DNA of 64,000 nt from a virus (Duplodnaviria; Heunggongvirae; Uroviricota; Caudoviricetes), in the IMG/VR virus record IMGVR_UViG_3300042934_000212, one strand, 5' to 3'. Shown in pieces: positions 13,456-23,132 of the stretch; the first letter of the stretch is position 1; every line of letters starts with the position of its first letter. The notes beneath the pieces are model-generated. The model saw only the letters and a program-made list of their open reading frames with translations, had not been told where the DNA came from and did no database searches. A program made the translations under genes and the position numbers.

Positions 13456-13482
13456 ATAATGCCCCATTCATTGGGGCATTAT
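13456..13482 (-). terminator. Stem-loop between dsDNA-binding gene and polymerase
   Basis: ATAATGCCCCA...TGGGGCATTAT perfect 11-bp inverted repeat; weak U-tract. Confidence 0.55.
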
Positions 13483-13501
13483 TTACTACTTCAAAACTAT
13501 A

Positions 13502-13807
13502 TTAGTAGTCTGAGTCATCCATTTGAGCTAGATTACCAGACACGGTAAGAATAGTTTCAACTTCGTCTTGAGCACGAACTTTATCGAAGAAATCTTGCTT
13601 GTAGATACGCATTGCAGCAGATTTTAGCTTAGCCTTATCAAGACCAATTTCATCAGCTAGTGTATCCATGAAGTCGCTATATGATTCTTTGATTGTGTCG
13701 ATGTGAGTCAGTTGAACTACAGCAGAATTTAGGCCATCTTTAAGCTTTTTACGTTGAACGTCGTTTAGCTCAGTTGCTTCAATTTTAGATTCTGTTTTCT
13801 TAGCCAT
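13502..13807 (-). CDS. Small dsDNA-binding protein (T4 DsbA-like)
   Basis: Helical 101 aa protein, DEIGLDKAKLKSAAMRIYKQDF pattern. Confidence 0.6.
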   Translation of the reverse strand: MAKKTESKIEATELNDVQRKKLKDGLNSAVVQLTHIDTIKESYSDFMDTLADEIGLDKAKLKSAAMRIYKQDFFDKVRAQDEVETILTVSGNLAQMDDSDY

Positions 13808-13826
13808 TTGTGTTTCTCCATGTTAT

Positions 13827-13859
13827 AAAAAAAGCACCCCAACTCTCCGTTGGGATGCT
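13827..13859 (-). terminator. Terminator-like hairpin directly downstream of a promoter
   Basis: AGCATCCCAAC-GGAGA-GTTGGGGTGCT plus T6 on the minus strand. Confidence 0.7.
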
Positions 13860-13862
13860 CAT

Positions 13863-13891
13863 ATTATACCAGATAATTTTTTTTCGTTTCA
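13863..13891 (-). promoter_or_regulatory. Early/middle promoter (dsbA-like/gp43)
   Basis: TGAAAC-N17-TATAAT with TGG before the -10. Confidence 0.8.
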
Positions 13892-13896
13892 GAAAT

Positions 13897-14466
13897 TTAA
13901 ATCGTAGGCCATGAAGGATTTTGATCAGTTAAAACTACTTCATGGTGTAGTGAGATTAGTGCTTTCTCAAGAACATCAAGGCGTTCTGCATCAGAAGCAC
14001 TTAGCACTCCATGCTTTTCTAACACATTTAGGTTGGTAATTTCTTCGACAATCTGCGACATTATTTCTTTCTTTTTAGCAGTATTGACTATTAGTAATTC
14101 ATCAATTGCTTTTTCACGAGCATGGACACCTTTCGATTTATTCCATGACCAGTTAGTGAAGAATGCGGGATCGTAAAAATTCACTGGAACTTCGTCTTTA
14201 TTAACTTCAACAATAGAACTAATAATTTCAGTTGATAGACCGAGAGTAGTTACGTCAAAAGCATAGCTTACAATCATACCATCTTCATCTAACAATAATT
14301 TAAGTGTATCTTCTGCAAATTCGGAAAAATGTTCCGTCCATAGTTTCCCATCTTCATCACAAAAGACAGGGAAAAAAGTATTTTTAATTACGGGGAAATT
14401 AGAACGAAATTCTCCATAATTTATTTCCTTTTCATCAAATTTATGTAAACCTTTTACTAATTTCAT
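13897..14466 (-). CDS. Tail fibre assembly chaperone (Tfa-like)
   Basis: Follows the fibre gene; KLLLDEDGMIV...DVTTL...IVEV and C-terminal PSWP are typical of Tfa proteins. Confidence 0.7.
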   Translation of the reverse strand: MKLVKGLHKFDEKEINYGEFRSNFPVIKNTFFPVFCDEDGKLWTEHFSEFAEDTLKLLLDEDGMIVSYAFDVTTLGLSTEIISSIVEVNKDEVPVNFYDPAFFTNWSWNKSKGVHAREKAIDELLIVNTAKKKEIMSQIVEEITNLNVLEKHGVLSASDAERLDVLEKALISLHHEVVLTDQNPSWPTI

Positions 14467-14476
14467 ATATTACCTA

Positions 14477-16051
14477 TTAAGTATAAGCTACTGTCTGCCA
14501 AGTTCCATCCATTAAGTATTGCAATGGGCGTAAGTAAACCCAATAGTTAGAATCACCAAAGTCAGCCCATGCAGTCATTACACCGCCTGGTAAACTTTCA
14601 GTACCGTTACGCTTTTTAAAGCTCTGTAATGCACCAAATCTGATACCCTGAACTCCAGGAATAGCTAAAACAACATTACCATTAGCATCTGCTGCTGATC
14701 CATTAACACTACGAACAATATTTTTACCACCAACAGTTCCTGTATTTCCTGAAACCGTTATACCAGATGAAGATAGTACGCCTGTGTTTGTTATAGTTAC
14801 TTCAGAACCACCTGCTGAACGTAATCTTAGGGTGTTAGTTGTCGAACTATGATATATCGCTGCACGTTCACCACCGGAAGAATTCTGGAACCAAAATACT
14901 AAGTTAGTATCGTTTGCACGAATTGCTGCACTGTTTGCAATAGTTAAAGAACCCGTCATTGTATCACCAGCTTTCAATACATATCGCGAATCGCCCGCAG
15001 ACTCATTTAAAGCAACGCTTGGCTGTGCGATATTATATAAAATTGCCACATTAAAGTGAGCAACATCAATATCAGTAATAGAATGGTTGTGAGTTGAGGT
15101 GTTTCCATTAGGATATATTGCAAAGGTAGTACTGAATGCAACACGACTATCTGAACCAGATACTGCCATGACTTCACGTGTATCATTTTCACCGTTAATT
15201 CGTAATCCACTATATGAATTACCATCATTCCAAGATTTACCGAAAATGAATAAACCATCATCTCCGTTACCACCTGATAGTCCTAACATCATACCAGTTC
15301 CGTGATAGTGCTGTGGATCAGTAATAGTTGTGTTACCAATACTACCAGAACCAGCAATTACAGAATCTATTTTTGTTACACCGGAAGTAGAGATACCCTT
15401 TAGGTATGCATTCTGGTTTAAATTAGGTACTACTTGTGTTACTACAGTCGTTCCGTTCCAAGTCCAGTAAAGTCCGTCAGCTAAACACCAACCCGTTTTA
15501 GAAACAAACGGTGCTGCTTGTGTACCATTTCTACCATTTTGACCACCACTTACACCACTCATCTGTTCACGAATGCTTGCAATGTTTTGACCAGAAGTTA
15601 ATGCATAGTGCATGATACTTCCAGGTGGCGATGATGTATATAATCCAGGAATATCGGTTGTGCTAGTTGTGCTAGAAGGGAATACAATATTAAGGTTTGT
15701 TCCACTCACAGATGCGGAAGGTACTGAACTTGATGAATAGGTTACAGTACTTACACGGTTTGCAAGCTTATTGTTTACTTCTGTTAATTGGGTGTAAATC
15801 GGAGCAAGAATAACATCTGCACCTTGTAATTCAACCCATGACATACCATTATGGTATTTCAAAGTCTTTGTACTAATATCAAACACTACCGCACCAGCTT
15901 CACCGATTGGTAATTGTTTGTTTGGGAATACAACAGACGAAGCATCAAGTCTTAAAGGACGTGGATTACTTGTAGTTCCACCTTCGATGACTATAGTCGC
16001 TGTATTCGTACTAGTAATCTGGTTACTAGCATGATTAAATCTTATACTCAT
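14477..16051 (-). CDS. Tail fibre protein
   Basis: Gly/Ser/Thr-rich; HYH/HNH motifs, RYVLKAGDTMTGSL, VRSVNG..AD..GNV, C-terminal YLRPLQYLMDGTWQTV tip. Confidence 0.85.
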   Translation of the reverse strand: MSIRFNHASNQITSTNTATIVIEGGTTSNPRPLRLDASSVVFPNKQLPIGEAGAVVFDISTKTLKYHNGMSWVELQGADVILAPIYTQLTEVNNKLANRVSTVTYSSSSVPSASVSGTNLNIVFPSSTTSTTDIPGLYTSSPPGSIMHYALTSGQNIASIREQMSGVSGGQNGRNGTQAAPFVSKTGWCLADGLYWTWNGTTVVTQVVPNLNQNAYLKGISTSGVTKIDSVIAGSGSIGNTTITDPQHYHGTGMMLGLSGGNGDDGLFIFGKSWNDGNSYSGLRINGENDTREVMAVSGSDSRVAFSTTFAIYPNGNTSTHNHSITDIDVAHFNVAILYNIAQPSVALNESAGDSRYVLKAGDTMTGSLTIANSAAIRANDTNLVFWFQNSSGGERAAIYHSSTTNTLRLRSAGGSEVTITNTGVLSSSGITVSGNTGTVGGKNIVRSVNGSAADANGNVVLAIPGVQGIRFGALQSFKKRNGTESLPGGVMTAWADFGDSNYWVYLRPLQYLMDGTWQTVAYT

Positions 16052-16095
16052 ATAAATCAATCCTCGCGTTTATATATTATAGAGATATTTATGAT

Positions 16096-16407
16096 TTAGT
16101 CCATGTCTTCTTCTAAATCGTCAAGTACTGCATCTATCATATTAGCTGCAAGTTTCTTTGGCATTTTGTACCATTCTTTTCCGACACCTTGTGTTGCATT
16201 CATCTGCTTTAATCTTTTATTAACTTCTTTTTCAGCAGCTTTGGCATCTTCAAAAAAGACTTCATGGAAAACTTCATAATCTCTAAACGGAGAACCAGTT
16301 TGATATGTACTTAGTCGAGTTTTCATTTCTTCTTTTGATGTAAATCCAATTTTAACCCATTCAGGCCAAGCTTGGTTTACAATAACATAACAGATTTGAT
16401 TGGACAT
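16096..16407 (-). CDS. T5orf172/GIY-YIG-superfamily domain protein
   Basis: CYVI...VKIGFT...RL..YQTGSP...AE..V...EWY. Confidence 0.8.
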   Translation of the reverse strand: MSNQICYVIVNQAWPEWVKIGFTSKEEMKTRLSTYQTGSPFRDYEVFHEVFFEDAKAAEKEVNKRLKQMNATQGVGKEWYKMPKKLAANMIDAVLDDLEEDMD

Positions 16408-16435
16408 TGTTTTACCCTCTTTTTAAGTGGGGTAT

Positions 16436-16867
16436 TTATCCTCTCAGAATCTGTACCTTTATACCTTTATCATTAAGATTGGAAAGTACCGGATTGGCGT
16501 TTAGTACTTGTCGTGTAACATTTTGTTGACCGTATTCATTCACTGGAACACTAACACTACCGATTTGGCTTGGTATTTCGTTGAGCATAGGTGCATGAGG
16601 ATTATCGCGTGTCAATCTGTCCTGATATAGTTTAATATATTCTGCATATGCCATTTCTTCAAAGTCGGAATACATAATATCTTGAACATAAGTATCGAAA
16701 TCGTAATATACTGTATCTGAACCACAGCAAAGTACTCCCAACTCTTCGATATATCCTACGGTTTTGTATTCTTGATACAATATATCAAAACGGCTATGTA
16801 CACTTCTATGATACTTCTGTTGTGTATTAGTATACACTACTACAGTAGAATCTGGTTTTATGATCAT
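16436..16867 (-). CDS. Hypothetical protein
   Basis: Start corrected to ATG 16867 (GGAG RBS), because the longer call runs through a promoter. Confidence 0.65.
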   Translation of the reverse strand: MIIKPDSTVVVYTNTQQKYHRSVHSRFDILYQEYKTVGYIEELGVLCCGSDTVYYDFDTYVQDIMYSDFEEMAYAEYIKLYQDRLTRDNPHAPMLNEIPSQIGSVSVPVNEYGQQNVTRQVLNANPVLSNLNDKGIKVQILRG

Positions 16868-16882
16868 ATAATTTTCTCCATG

Positions 16883-16911
16883 ATTATACCACATTATTGA
16901 AAGTTGTTTCA
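16883..16911 (-). promoter_or_regulatory. Early/middle promoter
   Basis: TGAAAC-N17-TATAAT. Confidence 0.8.
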
Positions 16912-16953
16912 TATGGTATCGGACGTATTTAGTTTACGGGTAGCAGAAACGCG

Positions 16954-16983
16954 AAAAGGACGCCTAAGCGTCCTTTTCTTTTT
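16954..16983 (-). terminator. Intrinsic terminator after the major capsid gene
   Basis: AAAAGGACGC-CTAA-GCGTCCTTTT inverted repeat. Confidence 0.85.
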
Positions 16984-17021
16984 AACATCAGATTTGTTTT
17001 AAACCTAAATGATACTTCAAA

Positions 17022-18197
17022 TTACATGAAGGTTACGTTGCGGATTGCAATTTTGCTGTAGTAGTCAGCAGCGTTACCTAGAGATGAAGTACTGTCAGTT
17101 AGCTGTACATAACCGTAACGAGTTAGGAAGCTAGTAACTAGTTCACCAGTGTTAGGGTCCATTACAGTACCAGAAGCCATCAATGGGATGTATGGGCAAT
17201 AGAATACGCCAGCATCAGTTTCTTGATTTCCTTTGTAACCGATTAGTACATCAGTGCTGTCATCAGCATAAGTATCAACATAGATACGCATGGTTGAGTT
17301 TAGAACACCAACGAACTTAACGTTAGTAGGAGCTTCGAAAGTACCTTCAGTAGTACGTGCAAAACTTGAAGTAGTTGCAGACTGAAGAATAGTTAGAGCG
17401 GTTGGTGAAACAACGGCCCAGTTCGCTGCACCACGTTTGGTACGACGAGCAACTTCGTTTGCTTGACGGTTGATTAGAGTAGCTAGAGCAGCGTGTTCAT
17501 CACCAACGAAGGTAGCAACACCGGTAACTTTAGACTGGTCGTAAACAACAGCAGCAGCACCAGGAAGTGCACGTAGACGAGCTAGTAGTTCTTGGTCGAT
17601 TTCAGTTGTGATTTCTTGTGCGATAGCAGCCATTAGTTCAGCTTCAACGTCAATACCGTGTTGTGCTTGTGCATCTTGTGCAGATTCAACAGTCCAACGA
17701 GCAGATAGACGACGAGATTGAGCTTCTACGGTTTCACGTAGAATACGGATGTTAACACGACGACCCATTACACCTTCAAGTTGTGAAGTTGGAGCAGCAC
17801 GTGGTGCGGTATTATCAGAATTCACTTCACCAGTATATGACTTAGCGATTTTGTATGGTGATAGTGCTTCTTCACCAGCAACAACGCCAGGTGCATTATC
17901 AGCATATTGAACACGTAGAGTGTGGATCTGACCAACTGGTCCGGTCATTGGTTGAACACCGATGATTTCGTTAGCAATAACGGTTGGCATAACACGACGG
18001 ATAATCGGTAGAATAACCTTGTTTAGTGTTGCAATGTTACCAGCAGAAGTTGCACCAGCGGTTGCAGATTCGCGTAGCATTACTTTACGTTGGTTATCAA
18101 GAACTGTTTCCATAACAGTTTTACGATTAGTAGAAAGACCTTCAACAAGCTTTTCCTTAACAGCAGCCCATTTAGATTCAGTTAATAGTTGTGACAT
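17022..18197 (-). CDS. gp23: Major capsid protein (T4 gp23-like)
   Basis: IIRRVMP..IANEIIGVQPMTGPVGQI, ETVEAQSRRLSARWT.E.AQD, EITTEIDQE, FYCPYIPL, TRYG; GAGG RBS before ATG 18197. Confidence 0.97.
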   Translation of the reverse strand: MSQLLTESKWAAVKEKLVEGLSTNRKTVMETVLDNQRKVMLRESATAGATSAGNIATLNKVILPIIRRVMPTVIANEIIGVQPMTGPVGQIHTLRVQYADNAPGVVAGEEALSPYKIAKSYTGEVNSDNTAPRAAPTSQLEGVMGRRVNIRILRETVEAQSRRLSARWTVESAQDAQAQHGIDVEAELMAAIAQEITTEIDQELLARLRALPGAAAVVYDQSKVTGVATFVGDEHAALATLINRQANEVARRTKRGAANWAVVSPTALTILQSATTSSFARTTEGTFEAPTNVKFVGVLNSTMRIYVDTYADDSTDVLIGYKGNQETDAGVFYCPYIPLMASGTVMDPNTGELVTSFLTRYGYVQLTDSTSSLGNAADYYSKIAIRNVTFM

Positions 18198-18241
18198 TAT
18201 AAATCTCCTCAAAAGATATTTTTTTACTTTTCTGTATACTT

Positions 18242-18248
18242 TATTTAT
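18242..18248 (-). promoter_or_regulatory. Late promoter (capsid)
   Basis: ATAAATA box in the intergenic gap. Confidence 0.7.
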
Positions 18249-18274
18249 CAGACAGAAAAATTAGCATTTAATAA

Positions 18275-19390
18275 TTAACGATTTTTGTTCATTCCTGATA
18301 ATTTAGTAATTTCATCTAAGAAATCTAAGTCATCAGAGGACAAGTCATCATTGATACTTTGGCGGTTTCCGGTAACTACTTTACCTTCCGTTAGAGTATT
18401 TTTAGCCTTATTATTAACTGCTGGACGGCTAGGATTAGCAGCAGATTCATTTACAGTACCCTTAAGAACAGACTTGTGGTACTTGCTGAAATTTTCTTTT
18501 AGCTTCTCGGTTGGAGATGTTGCTAGTAGAGATTCCATAATTTGTTTTTGCTGGGAAGTTAGTGGCTTTGTTAGTTCAGAGATGATTGCAGAACGTGCTG
18601 CGTTATCTTCCATGATACGAACTTTACGCTTAGCATTATCAGCTTCTTTACGTGCTTCACTTAAAGCAACAGTAGCGGAAATTGCTTTTTCTTCAGCTTC
18701 TTTAACAGATTCGTTTAGCTCACGAAGGATAGAACTTTCGTTATATTGCTTGCTATAGAATTCGTTTGAGAATGCTTCGAAAATCTTACGACCAAACATA
18801 TTTTGTTTTGCTTCTAGTAGTTCACCTTTAAGAGCACTTAGGTTCTTTTCGGTAGTCTCAGCAATATAAGTCGCTGCGGTTTCAGCAGTACGCTTAATGA
18901 AGTTTGCACGTGCTTCCGCAATTTGCTTACTTCCTTCTGCAATCAACTTAACGCGAGTTTCTACTAGTTCACGTTTTTCTTGATGGAAATCTTTAAGTTC
19001 TTCAGCTAGGACACGATTACTGAATCCCATGAATTTACTTAGACTTTCATTAATAGTTTTGCGTTCTTGACGCATGGTTTTTACTTCTTCAGCTAGTACT
19101 GTGTTAGCAAAGTCTGAGAAATTACCCAAAGTCTTACGAAGTTTAACGCGGTCTTCTACTAGTTTACGCTTTTCAGCATATACATCTGACATTTGTTCGC
19201 TGATTACTTCAGCCATCATTTTGTCTAGACCTTCTGTTAGTTTCGATAAGTCTTCTTGGTAACGTTCTTTCATTTCTTCACGCATTTCAGCAGCTACATT
19301 AGCTTTTTCTTCATTCCATGCTTCCTGAATAAGCTGTTTAGCTTCGTCAGAAAGAGATGATTCTTTTAGAAACTTATCCAATTTTGACAT
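18275..19390 (-). CDS. Prohead scaffold/core protein (gp22-like)
   Basis: Coiled-coil protein between protease and MCP; repeated (L/I/V)xE-S/G motifs. Confidence 0.8.
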   Translation of the reverse strand: MSKLDKFLKESSLSDEAKQLIQEAWNEEKANVAAEMREEMKERYQEDLSKLTEGLDKMMAEVISEQMSDVYAEKRKLVEDRVKLRKTLGNFSDFANTVLAEEVKTMRQERKTINESLSKFMGFSNRVLAEELKDFHQEKRELVETRVKLIAEGSKQIAEARANFIKRTAETAATYIAETTEKNLSALKGELLEAKQNMFGRKIFEAFSNEFYSKQYNESSILRELNESVKEAEEKAISATVALSEARKEADNAKRKVRIMEDNAARSAIISELTKPLTSQQKQIMESLLATSPTEKLKENFSKYHKSVLKGTVNESAANPSRPAVNNKAKNTLTEGKVVTGNRQSINDDLSSDDLDFLDEITKLSGMNKNR

Positions 19391-19438
19391 TCGTTTTCTC
19401 CTTTAAAGTACAGATAGTATCTGCACTTGATGTACAGA

Positions 19439-19446
19439 TATTTATA
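19439..19446 (-). promoter_or_regulatory. Late promoter
   Basis: Exact T4 late consensus TATAAATA. Confidence 0.75.
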
Positions 19447-19454
19447 AATTTATT

Positions 19455-20090
19455 TTAATAACCTTTCAAATCCTTAAAAAATTGATGAATTTCATTATCA
19501 ATTCCTTTAGCATTTACATTGGTCGATTCAAATACACGTTTTGAACCAGTTACAGGTGATCCGTACTTACTATTTAGAGATTCAAATACCGCTTTAGGAT
19601 ACGCATCTGGAGCACTAGGTTGTGCTACAATATCAATAGTTACGATTTCAAAATCTGATACAATACCGTTATGGTCAACATTACCTGAACCACGTGAACT
19701 TACACCCAATTTAACGCCGCTCTCAATCATAGTGCGAATATCTTTACCGTGTGTAGTGTCAAGTAGCATAATAGTAGCCATACCATTTGCACCTTCCATC
19801 CAAACTTCAGTAATCATACCCACAACACGATCTAAGTTAACAGTTAGTGTTTCAGGGTGGTCACATTCACATAGAATACTTTCACCACGACGAATCCTTT
19901 CAGCCATGTTATTTACTGCTCTCGCAATCTCAGCGAAAGGATATACGCGTTCGTTCAAGTTTCTACGGTCAGCTTGAATTGCAATACCACGAAGGTAGCA
20001 ATTCTTACGTCCAGTAACCTGATCCTCTTTGTACTCTAGTACTATTCTAGAATCATTGAATGAAGACCATTCTCTAATCATATTGCTCAT
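19455..20090 (-). CDS. gp21: Prohead protease (gp21-like)
   Basis: GIAIQAD.RN.N.RVY, ECDHP, LGVSSRGSG, DIVAQPSAPDAY. Confidence 0.95.
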   Translation of the reverse strand: MSNMIREWSSFNDSRIVLEYKEDQVTGRKNCYLRGIAIQADRRNLNERVYPFAEIARAVNNMAERIRRGESILCECDHPETLTVNLDRVVGMITEVWMEGANGMATIMLLDTTHGKDIRTMIESGVKLGVSSRGSGNVDHNGIVSDFEIVTIDIVAQPSAPDAYPKAVFESLNSKYGSPVTGSKRVFESTNVNAKGIDNEIHQFFKDLKGY

Positions 20091-20112
20091 AAAAATGATC
20101 TCCGTTCTTTAA

Positions 20113-20979
20113 TTATTTTTGTTTTGGAAGTGGTGATTTAGAATTAGCAGCAGTGGTTTTTTGAACCTTAGCTGGCTTCATTACATTTTTACCTGAATCC
20201 ATAACGTTGTTATTGTCGTCAGTGGTGTAGCTTAGTGTGTCAGCAGTATCGAAACTTTTTACAGTACCTGGATCTGAATGAGCACCATCTTTAATAGTTA
20301 CTGGCTTAACACCATCAACTGGAGACTTAGCATTAGGAGCAACTACAGACTTCTTGTTAACACCAGCTTTCTCAGTTTTTTCTGGAGCGGTTACAGGTTT
20401 CATCTTGTATGCTTCACCAACTTTTTCTTCACCGAAATCTACATCAGAGAATTCGTCTTCTGATTCTTCTTCAGCATCACCGAAGTCATCAGATTGATCG
20501 TCGAATTCTGCATCCCCACCTTCGATTTCATCGAACATACGCTCTAATGAATCAAATGCAGATTTGATAGATTCCCATTGGTCAGCGTCAGGTTGTGCAC
20601 CGGATTCATCTGCATCAACATCTACGTCAACGTCAAAATCATCAGATTCTTCTTCTTCTTCTTCTTCTGCTAAACCAGAAGCTGAACCGCCGCCGATATT
20701 TACAGAGTTTCCACCACCAACATCAACTCCGAACATACCTTCATCAAGTTCTTCTTCTTCGTCTAGTTTGTAGCCAACATCATCAGTCATATCTTCTGAA
20801 GGATCGGTGTCTACGTCTTCGCAAACTTCTTCTTCCTCAGCTTCCATTTCTTCTTCTAGTTTCTTGTTAATTTCTTGTGCTTGTTCAACAAAGTACTTAC
20901 GCATTTTTTTATCAGCTACTTCGTTGTCGCCATTAGCAAAAGCCTGGATAGCTTCTTGCAATAGTTTAATATTTGCCAT
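20113..20979 (-). CDS. Highly acidic prohead core protein (gp67/68-like role)
   Basis: Asp/Glu tracts; lies between portal and protease; GGAGG RBS and late box at about 21024. Confidence 0.65.
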   Translation of the reverse strand: MANIKLLQEAIQAFANGDNEVADKKMRKYFVEQAQEINKKLEEEMEAEEEEVCEDVDTDPSEDMTDDVGYKLDEEEELDEGMFGVDVGGGNSVNIGGGSASGLAEEEEEEESDDFDVDVDVDADESGAQPDADQWESIKSAFDSLERMFDEIEGGDAEFDDQSDDFGDAEEESEDEFSDVDFGEEKVGEAYKMKPVTAPEKTEKAGVNKKSVVAPNAKSPVDGVKPVTIKDGAHSDPGTVKSFDTADTLSYTTDDNNNVMDSGKNVMKPAKVQKTTAANSKSPLPKQK

Positions 20980-21090
20980 TATATCCTCCAAAAGATATAC
21001 AAAAATTTATTTTGGTATGTCATTATTTATTGAATGAAAAAATACCATTTTCAAAAAAGCTTAAAAATGGCACTTTTCAACTAAAATAAC

Positions 21091-21321
21091 TTACATCATG
21101 CCGCCGCCACCGCCAGCATCTGGAGCAGGTGCATAAACAACTGCTACCACTGCATTACGTTTAGCAGCTTCGTTCTTTTTAAATTCTCGGTACTTTCTCA
21201 AGTTGTTGAGAATTTGCAATGTTAATTTAGGTTTGCGAGTATCGGTGATTTGATATACTGTCTGATCATCTTCAGGGTCATACATCGAATCATCTTTAGC
21301 TTCAAAAATTTCGTCCAACAT
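21091..21321 (-). CDS. Small head-module protein
   Basis: 76 aa (DTRKPKLTL..LN.LRK) with a late box at 21369. Confidence 0.65.
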   Translation of the reverse strand: MLDEIFEAKDDSMYDPEDDQTVYQITDTRKPKLTLQILNNLRKYREFKKNEAAKRNAVVAVVYAPAPDAGGGGGMM

Positions 21322-21380
21322 AACCTACATCCTTTATCATTTAATCGTTCATCTGAACGAATCATAACTATTTATGCTCG

Positions 21381-23117
21381 TTAAAATGAATTGCCTAAAC
21401 TATTTGGGTCAAATCCATCACCACCTGATTGATCCTGATATTCTGAATCGGCACCTTGTAAGTTACCGTCTTCATCCATACCTAAATCATTTTCTGGTGA
21501 ATTTGGAGATTCAATACCTACTGATTGAAGACCCGCATCTGCTCCTGGAGCATTTTGACCAGAACTATCTTGCATAGCTGCTGGATTTTCTTGTAACCAT
21601 AGTCTTTCGTTCTCAACTATATCGTCTTGTTCAAAGCCCATCTTCTTCATGATGAATTGTTTAGAGAAATAGTGGAGGTCATTTAATGGCATATAAGTTT
21701 GAATTAGTTTAGCGTCCATTTCTGCCTTACGGTTTGCCGCAAAGTTCATTGGTGGGTTAAATGTAACTTCAAATGATGAAGCACTAATGTTATATCCATT
21801 TTTAATCATATAACGCTTAAATTCTTCATCGAAAATACGACAAATAATACGTTGATAACGCATACATTCGTTGTTAAAGCGAAGTTCACTTGCCATTGCC
21901 TGTGTAGCACCGTCACCAAACATAGCAACACCGCCATCATCTGGACCCATTGGTAGATAAGAAGCAGGAATCTGTAATCCACGAATTAATTTGTTATTGA
22001 AATAACGTAAGTCGTCAATCTGTCCTAAATTATCACCACCTGGTAAAGTTTCTACCGAAGAACCACGACCTTCCGCTGTTTGTGGGAAGAAATAGTCTTC
22101 TAGGATACTTAATGGGTTATATGCTGCGTCCATTAATGAAGTACTTCCACCTTTGTTAGAAGGAATTCTACGCTGGTGAATATCGTTCTTAACACGCTCT
22201 ACATATGCCATTGCCTGATGAGGTTGCATATCACCTACGTCAATTTTAAATACACGACGTTCTGGTGCACGTTGAACACGATAGATAATAATACTATCTT
22301 CCAAAAGTTCTTTTTGTTTGTAGACTTTAAAGATATTTTCTAAAATACTTGTACCAAAAGGCCAGAAAGGATCTTGTCCTGTATTTAGTGACAAGTGAAT
22401 TACGTGTTCTGCCGCTACTGGTAGTACATCTAATTGTCCGTTAGTGCCGAATGGGTTAGAACTGTCAGTACTTCCACCTGCTGCTCCAGCAACTGAACCA
22501 TATTGGTTTCCAGCACCGGAAAGTGAATTAGGTAATGAACCGTAAGCCTGTTTATCAAATCCTAACTGCGTATTACTCATTACTTTGTCACGAATGTTTA
22601 AAGAAATGTCACGCATATAATAAATTATTGGATTTTTACCAGTTGATTCATTTACTACAACCTTATCGACGTTCATTGGGTTTACCCAATACCATTCGAA
22701 GGTTTCTGGATCACGAACAAAGAATTGATCGCCATATTTTAGAATTCCACGGATAATGTCATAGATACGAACCTTGAATTCGTTCATGTCACTCCATGAT
22801 TCTAGCCTGTCTTCCAATGTAGTGACTTCTGTATCACCCATTGTGTCTTTATATTGAATCTGGAATGGTAATCCAAAATCTTTAGTACTTTGTGTACAGA
22901 AATCCGCAATAATATTTAAAGCAGTGCGAATTTCAGGATCTTGGTCCATTTGATCGTATTGACGATAACGGTCAACACGGTTTGATAGTCCAGTGTAAAC
23001 AGCCGGAAGATAAGAAGCGAAGTTTGTCTTCGCTCCTGATGACTGTACTGGATTGTTGTTTTGTGGGGTGCTCGATATTTTCGAACGCCCCATTGTCATA
23101 TGACGCTTCCAACTCAT
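21381..23117 (-). CDS. gp20: Portal protein (gp20-like)
   Basis: LLEDSIIIYRVQRAPERRVFKIDVG, EDYFFP..EGRGSSVETLPGGDNLG.IDD..YF..KL..GL.IP. Confidence 0.97.
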   Translation of the reverse strand: MSWKRHMTMGRSKISSTPQNNNPVQSSGAKTNFASYLPAVYTGLSNRVDRYRQYDQMDQDPEIRTALNIIADFCTQSTKDFGLPFQIQYKDTMGDTEVTTLEDRLESWSDMNEFKVRIYDIIRGILKYGDQFFVRDPETFEWYWVNPMNVDKVVVNESTGKNPIIYYMRDISLNIRDKVMSNTQLGFDKQAYGSLPNSLSGAGNQYGSVAGAAGGSTDSSNPFGTNGQLDVLPVAAEHVIHLSLNTGQDPFWPFGTSILENIFKVYKQKELLEDSIIIYRVQRAPERRVFKIDVGDMQPHQAMAYVERVKNDIHQRRIPSNKGGSTSLMDAAYNPLSILEDYFFPQTAEGRGSSVETLPGGDNLGQIDDLRYFNNKLIRGLQIPASYLPMGPDDGGVAMFGDGATQAMASELRFNNECMRYQRIICRIFDEEFKRYMIKNGYNISASSFEVTFNPPMNFAANRKAEMDAKLIQTYMPLNDLHYFSKQFIMKKMGFEQDDIVENERLWLQENPAAMQDSSGQNAPGADAGLQSVGIESPNSPENDLGMDEDGNLQGADSEYQDQSGGDGFDPNSLGNSF

Positions 23118-23132
23118 TTTTATATAACTCCA

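Noticed and set aside
16096-16407. T5orf172 gene as a mobile homing endonuclease
   Set aside because: Only 103 aa with no DNA-binding extension or insertion signature; treated as an ordinary accessory gene.
16868-16912. N-terminal extension MKQLSIMWYNH of the 158-aa ORF
   Set aside because: It is the translated promoter (ATGAAAC...TGTGGTATAAT); the true start is probably 16867.
17962-20030. Long antisense ORFs over head genes (also 53507..53971, 47299..47754 and similar)
   Set aside because: Shadow frames produced by codon bias of the real genes; no RBS or recognisable motifs.
20440-20860. TCT/TCA trinucleotide runs as a repeat array
   Set aside because: They encode Glu/Asp tracts of the acidic core protein.
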